NCBI GenBank assembly: GCA_026395965.1
Contig: JAPLXS010000006.1
Coordinates: forward strand, 118,683 to 182,682
Direction of reading: 5' to 3'
Origin: Candidatus Nomurabacteria bacterium
GTDB lineage: Bacteria; Patescibacteriota; Minisyncoccia; Phycocordibacterales; UBA9973
DNA length: 64,000 nucleotides
In this document: positions 51,323-60,971 of the stretch, one piece after another
Position numbering within the stretch: position 1 is the stretch's first letter
How the letters are laid out: each line of letters starts with the position of its first letter
Made by a program: the position numbers and the translations under genes
The notes under the pieces: generated by a model
The model's database searches: none
The model's input: the letters and a program-made list of their open reading frames with translations, nothing else
What the model was told of the DNA's origin: nothing

Positions 51323-51985
51323 CTAAAAATAAATCCCCGTTAGTAGAGAAAAAACAACATACACAATTGGAGAAACTCTACTCCATAAAAATAGTATAAA
51401 GAAAAGTAAAAAAAACATCCCCCATCTTTCTAAAAAGTTTTCTATGTAGCGATATTTAAACGGAAGAAATGAAAATATTATCTTTGAACCATCAAGTGGT
51501 GGTATGGGAATAATATTGAACAGAGCAAGAACTAAATTCATTATTACTATGATTGAAGAAATTTTATAAAAAGGATGTAGTAGTAATGGTGTTGGATTGT
51601 ATGCAGGTATTCCAAATATTGGCGCAAATCTTATAAGGAGACCAAAGAAAATAGCAATAGTTAGGTTTGCGGCTATTCCTGAAAAGGCTACTATCATATT
51701 GCCCCACTTACCTTTTCTTAAATTGTTTGGATTGTAAGGCACAGGACGAGCCCAACCTATTAAAAAACTCCCTGCGGTTGATAGATACAGCAACAAAGGC
51801 AAAATAACAGAACCAAAAGGGTCTAAATGTTTGAGAGGATTTAAGGTAAGTCGTCCTTGTAGACGAGCAGTGTCATCTCCAAGAAGATACGCAGAATACC
51901 CATGAGCCACTTCGTGAATCACGATTGACATGATCAAAACTGACACATAAAATATTCCATCTATAAATTGTACTTGCATAGGCAT
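51323..51985 (-). CDS. peptidase M50 (site-2 protease family) membrane metalloprotease
   Basis: HEVAHGYSAYLLGD (HExxH) inside a TM helix. Polytopic. Confidence 0.65.
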   Translation of the reverse strand: MPMQVQFIDGIFYVSVLIMSIVIHEVAHGYSAYLLGDDTARLQGRLTLNPLKHLDPFGSVILPLLLYLSTAGSFLIGWARPVPYNPNNLRKGKWGNMIVAFSGIAANLTIAIFFGLLIRFAPIFGIPAYNPTPLLLHPFYKISSIIVIMNLVLALFNIIPIPPLDGSKIIFSFLPFKYRYIENFLERWGMFFLLFFILFLWSRVSPIVYVVFSLLTGIYF

Positions 51986-52012
51986 GATATATATGATAGC
52001 ATACCTCTACAT

Positions 52013-52258
52013 ATGGCGAAAGTTTGTGATATAACTAAAAAGGGCTCAAAGATGGCAGGAGGATACTCCAACGTTGTTCGTGCTACCAAGTTCAACCCTA
52101 CAGGTATGGTTCGTAAATATACCAATCTTCAAAAGAAGAGAATATATGTTCCTGAACTTAAAAAGTACTTCCCTCTTACACTATCTACTAAAGCAATCAA
52201 AACAATCAACAAAAACGGTGCTTACAAAGTATTAAAGAAAGCAGGAATCATTAAATAA
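52013..52258 (+). CDS. rpmB: 50S ribosomal protein L28
   Basis: MAKVCDITKKGSKMAGGYSNVVRATKF is an L28 N-terminus. I placed the start at this internal Met. Terminator at 52258-52290. Confidence 0.8.
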   Translation: MAKVCDITKKGSKMAGGYSNVVRATKFNPTGMVRKYTNLQKKRIYVPELKKYFPLTLSTKAIKTINKNGAYKVLKKAGIIK

Positions 52259-52290
52259 AAATCCCCACGAATAAATCGAGGGGATTTTTT
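52258..52290 (+). terminator. rho-independent terminator of rpmB
   Basis: aaatccccacgaataaatcgaggggatttttt. Confidence 0.7.
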
Positions 52291-52312
52291 ATTGATGATT
52301 AAAGTTACTTTA

Positions 52313-52447
52313 AATAATTTATTTTTAATCAAAAATAGTCTTTGTAAAATACATTGCGTAGGTTGTCGAGCCGAGCATAGCAAAAAATAAACAGATTTTT
52401 ATGCGCGTATTTTGAGAAGAGCTATTTTTGATTAAAAATAAATTATT
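52313..52447. repeat. ~135-bp element bounded by perfect 26-bp inverted repeats (aataatttatttttaatcaaaaatag)
   Basis: 52313-52338 is the exact reverse complement of 52422-52447, flanking an 83-bp core. It lies between convergent genes. Confidence 0.65.
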
Positions 52448-52451
52448 CCTC

Positions 52452-53315
52452 TTAATACACCAAATTTACTCCATCACTTTTAAATAAAATATTTCCTATT
52501 TCAGATGTATTCATAAATGGTATTTTTAAAGACGATAGTCTATTTAATGTTTCTTCGCTTGGATGCCCGTATTTATTATTCTTTCCAGCAGAAACAATAG
52601 CAACTTTTGGATTTACTTTCTCGAGCCACAAAATACTTGATGCTGTTTTTGCACCATGGTGTCCGAGCTTTAAAACATCTGAATGTATTGTCGCATCACT
52701 TTCATTCCATTCTATTAGATTCTCTACATAAAGACTTGCATCTCCTGTCAGCATAAAAGAATTATTTCCATAAACTAGCTTTCCTACTATTGATCCATCA
52801 TTACTTTCTAGTTTTGATATATCACGATCTGGATATAAAATATCAATATAAATATTATTCTTTTCATCTAAAATAATATGCATGCCGCGATGTGCAATAA
52901 TTTTATTTATTTTATTTTTTATAATTTTATTTTCCAAACTTGAAAATATTTTAGTATTAGATATATTTCCATTTTCTATAATACTTGCAACCTTGTAGCT
53001 ATCTAACAACAAAGGAAATCCTCCTATGTGATCCATATCTCCATGTGTTGCTATTATCATATCTATAGACCTATCTGCAAAAGGCATAACTTTCGATAGG
53101 CTCGAAAGTAGCTTAGAATCAGGTCCACCATCTACTAGAACTTGTTTTCCATTTGGTGCTTCTATGTATATAGCATCCCCTTGCCCAACATCCAAAAACA
53201 CAACCTTTAAATACTTGTTGTCGTGATTTTGAAAAGAGTTAAATAGAAGAGCAAATCCAACAGATAAAAGAATAATTATTAAAATATATGGTAAATATTT
53301 CTTGAGGTATTTCAT
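52452..53315 (-). CDS. MBL-fold metallo-hydrolase, ComEC C-terminal (lactamase_B) domain-like, membrane-anchored
   Basis: VVFLDVGQGDAIYIE...IATHGDMDHIGG...GHHGA are metallo-beta-lactamase motifs as found in ComEC/Rec2 C-terminal domains. Confidence 0.7.
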   Translation of the reverse strand: MKYLKKYLPYILIIILLSVGFALLFNSFQNHDNKYLKVVFLDVGQGDAIYIEAPNGKQVLVDGGPDSKLLSSLSKVMPFADRSIDMIIATHGDMDHIGGFPLLLDSYKVASIIENGNISNTKIFSSLENKIIKNKINKIIAHRGMHIILDEKNNIYIDILYPDRDISKLESNDGSIVGKLVYGNNSFMLTGDASLYVENLIEWNESDATIHSDVLKLGHHGAKTASSILWLEKVNPKVAIVSAGKNNKYGHPSEETLNRLSSLKIPFMNTSEIGNILFKSDGVNLVY

Positions 53316-53352
53316 GATATAATATACATATTAACATTAAACTTTAATTTAC

Positions 53353-53943
53353 ATGAAAGAAATATACACACCCAAAACATTTTCTATCCCCGAACTAGCT
53401 GGAATAGGCAAGATAAATATAGAAGAGCACTTGAAGCTATACAAAGGATACGTAACTAATACAAATTTAATTATAAATAAAATAGAAGAATACGAAAAAG
53501 ACAGAGAAGGAAATGCATATGTACTTGGCGAACTTCACAGACGTTTTGCTTTTGAATTTGATGGTATGAGAAACCATGAGTACTATTTTGCTTCTTTTGA
53601 AGGAGGTAAAAAAGAAATAAATACAAATGGTGAACTATATAAAAGCATAGAAAAAGAATGGGGTTCATTTGAAAACTGGCTAACTCAATACAAAGGTATG
53701 GCCATGACTCGTGGGGTTGGTTGGGTTATTTTATACAATGACAAACAAACAGGTCGTCTGATGAACCAGTGGGTAGATGAACAGCACCTAGGACACCTCA
53801 CAGGGCTTTCTCCCGTACTTTGCCTAGATATGTGGGAACATGCTTATGTTTATGACTACCCTACTAGTGAGAAGAAAAAATACATAGAAGCATTTTTTGA
53901 AAATTTGAACTGGAACGCAGCAGAAAAAAATTACGAATTATAA
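53353..53943 (+). CDS. sod: superoxide dismutase (Fe/Mn family)
   Basis: DMWEHAYVYDY signature and metal-ligand His residues. Confidence 0.9.
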   Translation: MKEIYTPKTFSIPELAGIGKINIEEHLKLYKGYVTNTNLIINKIEEYEKDREGNAYVLGELHRRFAFEFDGMRNHEYYFASFEGGKKEINTNGELYKSIEKEWGSFENWLTQYKGMAMTRGVGWVILYNDKQTGRLMNQWVDEQHLGHLTGLSPVLCLDMWEHAYVYDYPTSEKKKYIEAFFENLNWNAAEKNYEL

Positions 53944-53995
53944 AAATATAATTCTAAATCAAGAATCAAAAAAAATAGGAGTTAGAGATTACAAT

Positions 53996-54028
53996 ATGAG
54001 CCAAATTGACGAAGTCAATTTGGCTCAT
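53996..54028 (+). terminator. terminator hairpin after sod
   Basis: atgagccaaattgacgaagtcaatttggctcat followed by a T-rich stretch. Confidence 0.6.
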
Positions 54029-54047
54029 ATTTATAAACAGCAAATTA

Positions 54048-54095
54048 ACCACTCTAACCCAACTTACGCTATAGCGTAAGTTGGGTTAGAGTGGT
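54048..54095. repeat. palindrome with ACGCTATAGCGT core
   Basis: aaccactctaacccaacttacgctatagcgtaagttgggttagagtggtgg. Confidence 0.6.
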
Positions 54096-54145
54096 GGCTA
54101 CAATTTAAAATTACTGATTTTTAATCTGTGATTGTAAATTGTGAT

Positions 54146-54176
54146 TGCGAATTTTCTAATTCCTAATTCCTAATTT
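54146..54176. repeat. (GAATTAR)n heptanucleotide array overlapping the ComEC stop codon
   Basis: Minus strand reads aaaaattaggaattaggaattagaaaattc. The final ComEC codons R-N-stop are encoded by aggaattag within the array. Confidence 0.65.
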
Positions 54177-55460
54177 TTTTCCAAATATCCACCAAAATAA
54201 AAATATATAAATAATAACAGTTAGAAAAAGTGGAAAGGTTTGAATGGTAACACTAGCAAATGATAGTGTTCCAAAAAAATGAATAACAGAAAGAATATAT
54301 AAAAGTATTAGATAGGATAAATACCCAAAAATAACAGACAGTGGTGTAAAGATAAAACCAAAGATTCCTGTTATAAATACAAAGAGCATCGCTATTGGAA
54401 TAAACAAAAGTATTAAAATATTTGCAGGAAGTGAAACAAAAGAAAAAATACCAGTTAGATAGAGAAGTAGGGGCAAGACTGCAATAGTTGCAGCAACGGT
54501 AGATGAAAACATTTCTCTTATACCAAAACGCATTGGTAGAAATTTAAACCAATTTAATATTTTTGGTGTTAAATACAAAACTCCGCCTGTAGCTACAAAT
54601 GACAGCTGAAATGACATATCCGCGAGAACTCTAGGATCATATGCAAACATGAGTAAACCTGCGATGACAAGCGCCCTACCTGCCATATAGCTTCTACCTG
54701 TCATACGACCAACAAGCATGATAGTGACCATTATCCCTGCACGAATGGCAGTAGCACTAGCACCGGTCATAAGTATAAATAAAAGTATAATAAAAATACC
54801 ACAAATAATAGATAGGGTTTGTGATAATACCATACTAAAAGTTTTCATAACACCCTCAGCAACTATAGAAACATTGTACCCAGAGAGTGCAACTATATGT
54901 ATAGTACCTGTCTCAATAAACTCATCTCTCATTTCCTCATCAAAACCTCCCTTCTCTCCAAGTATTAACCCGTTTGCTAAATCACTTTCTGGTATTGAAA
55001 TAACCTGATTAATATTTTCCATAAAAGAATTTCTTAATTTATACAATAGCGATTTTATCTTACTACCATTATCGTGCGAGATTATTTTTATATCTGCATT
55101 TTTAATAATAAAATAAATATCTTGGTTTGCTAAATATCTTTTATAATTAAATTCTTTTCCCGAAGATGTGATAAAATTATCTGGCTCAACCAATACTCCT
55201 CTTGCAACAACAATATCTCCATAAGAAACTTCTGTATCTCTTCCCACTATGACTAAAATATTTATATCTTTATCAAGTATTTTTATGTTTAAATGCTTAT
55301 TTTTTAACCGTATATCTGGGTCATCATTTACTATTCCTTCTATATCTACAATCTTCCCTATCGCATTGTTATATAAAGGTATATTAGGTGTAAAAAACAA
55401 AAAACGCACAACTGCGATAATAAATAAAATAATTATTATAATAATTTCTTTTTTATTCAA
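54156..55460 (-). CDS. ComEC/Rec2-like competence membrane protein (N-terminal OB and polytopic competence domain, no MBL domain)
   Basis: N-terminal TM, a DUF4131-like region (GKIVDIEGIVNDDPDI), then at least 8 TM helices typical of the Competence domain. Confidence 0.6.
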   Translation of the reverse strand: MNKKEIIIIIILFIIAVVRFLFFTPNIPLYNNAIGKIVDIEGIVNDDPDIRLKNKHLNIKILDKDINILVIVGRDTEVSYGDIVVARGVLVEPDNFITSSGKEFNYKRYLANQDIYFIIKNADIKIISHDNGSKIKSLLYKLRNSFMENINQVISIPESDLANGLILGEKGGFDEEMRDEFIETGTIHIVALSGYNVSIVAEGVMKTFSMVLSQTLSIICGIFIILLFILMTGASATAIRAGIMVTIMLVGRMTGRSYMAGRALVIAGLLMFAYDPRVLADMSFQLSFVATGGVLYLTPKILNWFKFLPMRFGIREMFSSTVAATIAVLPLLLYLTGIFSFVSLPANILILLFIPIAMLFVFITGIFGFIFTPLSVIFGYLSYLILLYILSVIHFFGTLSFASVTIQTFPLFLTVIIYIFLFWWIFGKKLGIRN

Positions 55461-55551
55461 AGTATTATAAGTATATCAATTTATTATTAATAACATCAAA
55501 TAAAAAAACTACAGGATTATAAAATCTTGTAGTTTTTAATAAATTAAAAAT

Positions 55552-55812
55552 CTAATTAAATGATGAGCGAAAAAATAAATTTGCAGAATTAGAAAGTATA
55601 AATAAATCTCCTGAAGAATAAAAATTAAGAGCCAACAATGGATTTATTGAAGTATCTAAGTTCGACAATAATTCACTTTGTTGAAAAATACCTAAATTTT
55701 TAAAATAAGATTTTTTACCATCCCTATCTTTGCTTACTTCCCAAAAATAACCTACCGTTATTTCTGAACTGTTTTCGTTCGTACCTTCCGGTAAATCTTC
55801 TGATTTTCCCAT
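55552..55812 (-). CDS. hypothetical protein (86 aa)
   Basis: ORF only. Confidence 0.25.
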   Translation of the reverse strand: MGKSEDLPEGTNENSSEITVGYFWEVSKDRDGKKSYFKNLGIFQQSELLSNLDTSINPLLALNFYSSGDLFILSNSANLFFRSSFN

Positions 55813-55921
55813 TTTTTTTGATTTTTATTTGTTTATAAATAGCTATATACTCAATTATATTAGAGCATATTTTATACAAAATGTTAAGTAAATTGTGTTT
55901 TTATACAAAAATTATTTGATA

Positions 55922-56389
55922 CTATGCTGTATGTATCTTTTGTCCCGATGAACACTTTGTTGCAATTTCATCAGCTTTTTCATTATATATATGCCCTGAA
56001 TGTCCTTTCACTTTTTGCCATGATAGATTGACCCCAAACTCTCTCACAAGAGTGATAAGTTCTTGCCATAAATCCTTGTTTAGAACAGGTTTTTTATTTG
56101 CAGTTTTCCAATTATTTTTTTCCCAATTGTGAATCCAAGATGTTATACCAAGAAGAACATAAGTTGAGTCTGTATGTATAATAACAGGTCCATCGGGATA
56201 CTTTTTTATAATATGTTTTAGTGTTTCGATTACAGCTTGGAGCTCCATACGATTGTTTGTAGTTTCTGATTCATACCCACCAAACTCTTTTACAATCTCA
56301 GAGTTAATTACAACAACAGCACCCCACCCACCAGGACCAGGATTACCGAGAGATGAACCGTCTGTAAATATTTCAATATTTTTATTCAT
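55922..56389 (-). CDS. rnhA: ribonuclease HI
   Basis: IFTDGSSLGNPGPGGWGAVV...HTDS...GH.GH..NE.AD are RNase H catalytic motifs. Confidence 0.9.
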   Translation of the reverse strand: MNKNIEIFTDGSSLGNPGPGGWGAVVVINSEIVKEFGGYESETTNNRMELQAVIETLKHIIKKYPDGPVIIHTDSTYVLLGITSWIHNWEKNNWKTANKKPVLNKDLWQELITLVREFGVNLSWQKVKGHSGHIYNEKADEIATKCSSGQKIHTA

Positions 56390-56401
56390 ACTGTATAAAT
56401 T

Positions 56402-58684
56402 TTAAACAGCTGGTTTTGAAAGCGAATCAATAGCAGCATTTATATCCTGATTATTGGGTGATATTTTATTTAAAATGTTGAATTGAACTAAAGCATCATT
56501 GTTTCTTCCAACTTTTTGATAAGATAATCCCAAGAAATAACGGGCATTCCAATAACTATTATCAATCAAAACTGCTTGTTCAAATGAACTAACTGCATTG
56601 ATATAATCAGAATTGTTGTATCTCAACAAACCAAGACGGAAAAATATAGTTGAATCATTTGGATTTATTGCACTTGCTTTCTCTACTTGTTTTACAGCAG
56701 CTGACATGTTTCCTTCATCTACTTCAATCTTGGCAAGAAGAAACAATGCATCAGTGTAATTTGGTTTAATAACTAGAGCTTTCTCGATAAAATTTCTAGC
56801 CTCGGTATTATTTTTATTTGTAATTTCTAGATTTGCTAGATCAAGAAAAATAGATGGATTATTTGGTGCTAACTCTTGTGCTTTTTTATATGAATTAGAT
56901 GCATTACTATAACTACCATCCACAGAAAACAAAACAAGAGAGCTGTAAATATTACCCATATTCACATAATTTAAATATTGTTTTGGATTTTGATTTATAG
57001 CAAGAGAAGCAGAATTTAATGACAAGTTTATCAACTGTTGTAAGTTTGATTTAAGTACATCACTAGACAATTTATTGTCTTTTACCAAAAGTCCTATTTG
57101 TCCTACATATATTTGAGAAAGTGCCCTATAATAAACATCACTTTTGTTTAGAGAAATTGCACTTTTAATCATTTTTTCAGAAATAGAAAGTGACTGCATT
57201 GTATTATCTGTTTTTATTGCTTTTGAGAAATACAAAATAGAAACAAACTTTTCTATTTGTAAATATGTTACAGACAATGTAGTAATCATTAAAAATACCA
57301 ACAAAAGAATTGTGAAAAAACTTTTTCTAGGATCATCTAAGAAATAAAATTCTTTAACACTTACAACCTTTTTACTAACCAATATTCCTATAAAAACACC
57401 GCTTGAAATAAAAGCCAACATCAAAATCAAAACACCTGGAGAATAGAAAATAAAAGAAATCCATGAATATATTGATATCAATAATATTGAAAAAATATAA
57501 TAATTTGAAAGTGAATCTTTTGATGCTATGCGTGATGACTGTACTCCCCTTATCACAAAAACAATAAAGAAAATTACCCATGCAAGCAAACCAACAATAC
57601 CAGTAGTCGCAACAAAAGTAGACAGCATACTAACTCCATTTGGAAAATCAATACTCCAAAAAATTGTCTGTGCTACTTCTTTTGGTTGCCACAAAACCCA
57701 ATCCATAGAAAAAGTATTCGGACTTGTTCCAAATAAAGGATTATGTTTAATGGATTTCCAAACAATACCAGAAGTAGCTGAAATAGAAGGTCGAACTTCT
57801 GAATTTGAAATATTTATATATTTAGATACTAGATTACTTACAGCACCCCCACCAACCAAAAAAACAAAAGAGATTAGTACTACAACAAGTGCACTAAAAG
57901 GAAATCTTTTTTTGCCATCTCCTTTGTGAACTAAATGCATACCAGAATGCTGAGTAGAAATACTATATACAAATATAATTATTGAGAATATTCCAACCAA
58001 AAACCATACAAATGGTGTGTTTATTATGGCAATAAACATCAATCCAGTAACTAACAAGAAATATTGAATTGTGGTAAAAATTTTATTTAATTTTAGAAAT
58101 TCCAAATTAAATATAGACAACAAAATAATTAATCCGAAAAATAGAGCAAAATCATTCCAGTTTCCAATCAAATTGCCAGCAGATAGATTAACAAGGAATC
58201 CCCCAGGAAGATTGCCTAAAATAACAACTATATTAAAAATCTCAAATATTGAAATAAGTAACGCGCCAATAAATAATGCTCCAATAAAATACCATAATCT
58301 TTTTTCTGTTTGAAAAAATATTGACGATAAAAAAAATAACAAAAACATTATAAGGATTGAACCAAATGTCCCAAGTTCAAAACCATTACCCCAAAGTGAA
58401 GAGTTTAATGATGACGAAAAAAATGATGAAATTAAAAAAACCAAAGGTATCAAAGCCGCATAAACAATCAATCTGTCTTTAGGAAAGACAAATTTTCCTT
58501 CTCCCAATCGAGATATAAGCCAGAAAAAACAAGATAGTGTAACACCAAAAGAAATGATAAACCCCTTACTATCGTCTAAACTCATGGAAACATATGGTAT
58601 AAAGAAAAAGAGTGACAATAAAAACGTAGATAATAGTGTGATAAATGAGAGTTTATTGAAAAACTTTATACTTTTTGATTCCAT
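56402..58684 (-). CDS. polytopic membrane protein, Wzy_C-like, with C-terminal TPR repeats (paralogue of 17953..20070)
   Basis: About 12 TM helices, then a C-terminal ~250 aa with TPR-like repeats (YYRALSQIY..., NAAIDSL). Confidence 0.5.
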   Translation of the reverse strand: MESKSIKFFNKLSFITLLSTFLLSLFFFIPYVSMSLDDSKGFIISFGVTLSCFFWLISRLGEGKFVFPKDRLIVYAALIPLVFLISSFFSSSLNSSLWGNGFELGTFGSILIMFLLFFLSSIFFQTEKRLWYFIGALFIGALLISIFEIFNIVVILGNLPGGFLVNLSAGNLIGNWNDFALFFGLIILLSIFNLEFLKLNKIFTTIQYFLLVTGLMFIAIINTPFVWFLVGIFSIIIFVYSISTQHSGMHLVHKGDGKKRFPFSALVVVLISFVFLVGGGAVSNLVSKYINISNSEVRPSISATSGIVWKSIKHNPLFGTSPNTFSMDWVLWQPKEVAQTIFWSIDFPNGVSMLSTFVATTGIVGLLAWVIFFIVFVIRGVQSSRIASKDSLSNYYIFSILLISIYSWISFIFYSPGVLILMLAFISSGVFIGILVSKKVVSVKEFYFLDDPRKSFFTILLLVFLMITTLSVTYLQIEKFVSILYFSKAIKTDNTMQSLSISEKMIKSAISLNKSDVYYRALSQIYVGQIGLLVKDNKLSSDVLKSNLQQLINLSLNSASLAINQNPKQYLNYVNMGNIYSSLVLFSVDGSYSNASNSYKKAQELAPNNPSIFLDLANLEITNKNNTEARNFIEKALVIKPNYTDALFLLAKIEVDEGNMSAAVKQVEKASAINPNDSTIFFRLGLLRYNNSDYINAVSSFEQAVLIDNSYWNARYFLGLSYQKVGRNNDALVQFNILNKISPNNQDINAAIDSLSKPAV

Positions 58685-58777
58685 ATTTTATATTTTATAT
58701 TTTAATAATACTAAGTATAATTATATATCAAAATAGCAACAAATACTACGTATTTGTATTAAATATGTGTAAAAACA

Positions 58778-60463
58778 TTATATAATATCGGTAATTCTTA
58801 GTCTTAGTTCAGTACGGCCAGCAAAAGTACTTTTCTCAAAGGTTGCAACGAGATTAATAACGGAGCCCAACTCAAGTGCAGGGTCAAAACTTAATCTAGT
58901 TTTAAAAAATGATATAGCTTTTACGATGCGTCCCCTATCGGTCTTAAATGATAACTCAAGGTGATTTTTTTCTTTTCCAAATTCTTTTATGGAAAATATT
59001 TTTATCCCTTCAAATAAAAAAGTGGGTTTAGGGTTACCCATTCCAAATGGAGCAAGCTTGTTTATGATATTAAAATTTTCAATGTTAACATCATCTATTG
59101 CAATAGGTGCATCAATAAAATATTCTTTCTCATTTTTTTCATCTATTACACTATTATTAAAAACAGCAACAAGTCTTTCTTCTAGAAAGTGAACCTCTTC
59201 GTGTGAGACAGAAAACCCACCAGCACCTTTATGCCCCCCAAAACCAAGTAAACTATTTTCAGGGAGTAGTGTCATCATCTCTACAAGGTTCGCATTACCA
59301 TAACCACGACACGATCCTTTTATATCTCCATTTCCATCGCCTCCCCAAACGAAAGCAGGACATTTATATTCATCTACTATTTTTGATGCAATTATCCCTA
59401 AAACCCCTATCCTCCAAGTTGGATTACCTATCACTATTAGTGATTTTATCTCTCTTTTATGTAAAATATTTTTTACATCTTTCATTATATGAGCAACAAC
59501 TATTTTTCTTTCATCATTTATTTTTGCCAAATAATCTGCCAGTACTCGAGCTTCAACAAGATCAGTAGTAGAGAGCATACCATACGCTTTTGAAGGGTCT
59601 GACATACGAGATGCTGCATTTATGCGTGGAGCCAAGGTAAAAGTAACATCTTCTTCGTTTAGTTTTGTAATATCAACAGATGCTTTTTTGAAAAGTTCCA
59701 CAAGGCCGGGACGTCTTCCTTTTTGTAAAACTTTCAAACCAAAATATGCGAGAACTCTATTTTCATCTATGAGTGGAACCTGGTCAGAAAGAGTAGCTAC
59801 TCCTGCCATATCGAGTAACCATTTTTCCCAACCATTATTTATTTTCCAATATTCACCATATTTTATTATTAATGCTTGTAAGAGTTTGAAGGCAACACCA
59901 GCTCCGCAGAGCATTTTATCTGGATACATACAACCTATCTGTTTTGGATTTAAAATAGCGTAAGCTCTAGGAATATCTGCTTGTGGTAAATGGTGGTCTG
60001 TAATAATTACATCTATGCCAGATGCTTGTGCATGAGCAACTTCTTCTACAGCAGTAATACCTAAATCAAAAGTAATTAATAGATTTACATTATTATCAAT
60101 AAACTTATCTATGGCATCACGATGTAGACCATACCCTTCGTCGTGACGATCTGGAATATAAATAGAAAAATTAGCATAACCAATTTTTGTAAAAAAATCA
60201 TGCATTATTACTGCCGCGGGAATACCATCACAATCATAATCACTATATACAACTATCTTTTCATTTGCTTCTACGCTTTCAAAAATACGCACACAAACAC
60301 GCTCCATATTTTTCATTAAATATGGGTCATAAAGATGCTTTTCATAAGATGGATTTAAAAATCGGTCTCTTTCCTCTATTGGTATACCTCTATTTGTCAG
60401 TAAAAGGTCAAGCAATTCAATATTATTTGGCATACAAGAGATTGTACCATATAATGTATGCAT
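58778..60463 (-). CDS. recJ: single-stranded-DNA-specific exonuclease RecJ
   Basis: DHH motifs (VVYSDYDCDGI, ITDHH) and DHHA1 (GGHKGAGG). No C-terminal OB-fold domain recognised. Confidence 0.85.
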   Translation of the reverse strand: MHTLYGTISCMPNNIELLDLLLTNRGIPIEERDRFLNPSYEKHLYDPYLMKNMERVCVRIFESVEANEKIVVYSDYDCDGIPAAVIMHDFFTKIGYANFSIYIPDRHDEGYGLHRDAIDKFIDNNVNLLITFDLGITAVEEVAHAQASGIDVIITDHHLPQADIPRAYAILNPKQIGCMYPDKMLCGAGVAFKLLQALIIKYGEYWKINNGWEKWLLDMAGVATLSDQVPLIDENRVLAYFGLKVLQKGRRPGLVELFKKASVDITKLNEEDVTFTLAPRINAASRMSDPSKAYGMLSTTDLVEARVLADYLAKINDERKIVVAHIMKDVKNILHKREIKSLIVIGNPTWRIGVLGIIASKIVDEYKCPAFVWGGDGNGDIKGSCRGYGNANLVEMMTLLPENSLLGFGGHKGAGGFSVSHEEVHFLEERLVAVFNNSVIDEKNEKEYFIDAPIAIDDVNIENFNIINKLAPFGMGNPKPTFLFEGIKIFSIKEFGKEKNHLELSFKTDRGRIVKAISFFKTRLSFDPALELGSVINLVATFEKSTFAGRTELRLRITDII

Positions 60464-60526
60464 GAATAATAACCCCGAATGAATTTTTCATTATTACTCA
60501 TATTTTCGGGAATTAAAAAATATATT

Positions 60527-60952
60527 ATGACCATAAACGACATCAAAAATTCTGACGGGGCAAGCTGTATTTTTTGTAAAATTATAGCAAAAGAAATTCC
60601 AAGTCATATAGTATACGATGACTCCAATTTTTTATGCTTTTTAGACAACAATCCAGTAGTTAAAGGGCATAGTCTCTTAATACCAAAAGAACATCATGTT
60701 TGGATGCATGAAACCCCAGATGAATTAATCTCTGAAACTTTTATTACAGCCAAAAAAATTATGAATATAATGAGAAAAGGTATACCTTGCGATTATGTCC
60801 AAATGGTTGTTGTGGGTAAAGATGTACCCCATTTTCACATACACCTAATGCCTCGTTTGTTAAACGATAACCTCCCTCAACTTATAAATATAAAATATGA
60901 AAGTGAGGAAGAAGAAAAATACTATGCTTCTAAAATAAAAAACGCCATCTAA
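60527..60952 (+). CDS. HIT family hydrolase
   Basis: CIFCKI N-terminus and the histidine triad HFHIHLMPR. I placed the start at MTINDIKN. Confidence 0.8.
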   Translation: MTINDIKNSDGASCIFCKIIAKEIPSHIVYDDSNFLCFLDNNPVVKGHSLLIPKEHHVWMHETPDELISETFITAKKIMNIMRKGIPCDYVQMVVVGKDVPHFHIHLMPRLLNDNLPQLINIKYESEEEEKYYASKIKNAI

Positions 60953-60964
60953 GGCGTTTTTTAT
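60936..60964 (+). terminator. terminator hairpin overlapping the HIT stop
   Basis: aaaaacgccatctaaggcgtttttta. Confidence 0.65.
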
Positions 60965-60971
60965 TTTAATA

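Noticed and set aside
51968-52012. Apparent overlap of the rpmB ORF with the M50 protease start on the opposite strand
   Set aside because: It disappears when rpmB starts at the conserved MAKVC Met (52013). The upstream 15 codons are not L28-like.
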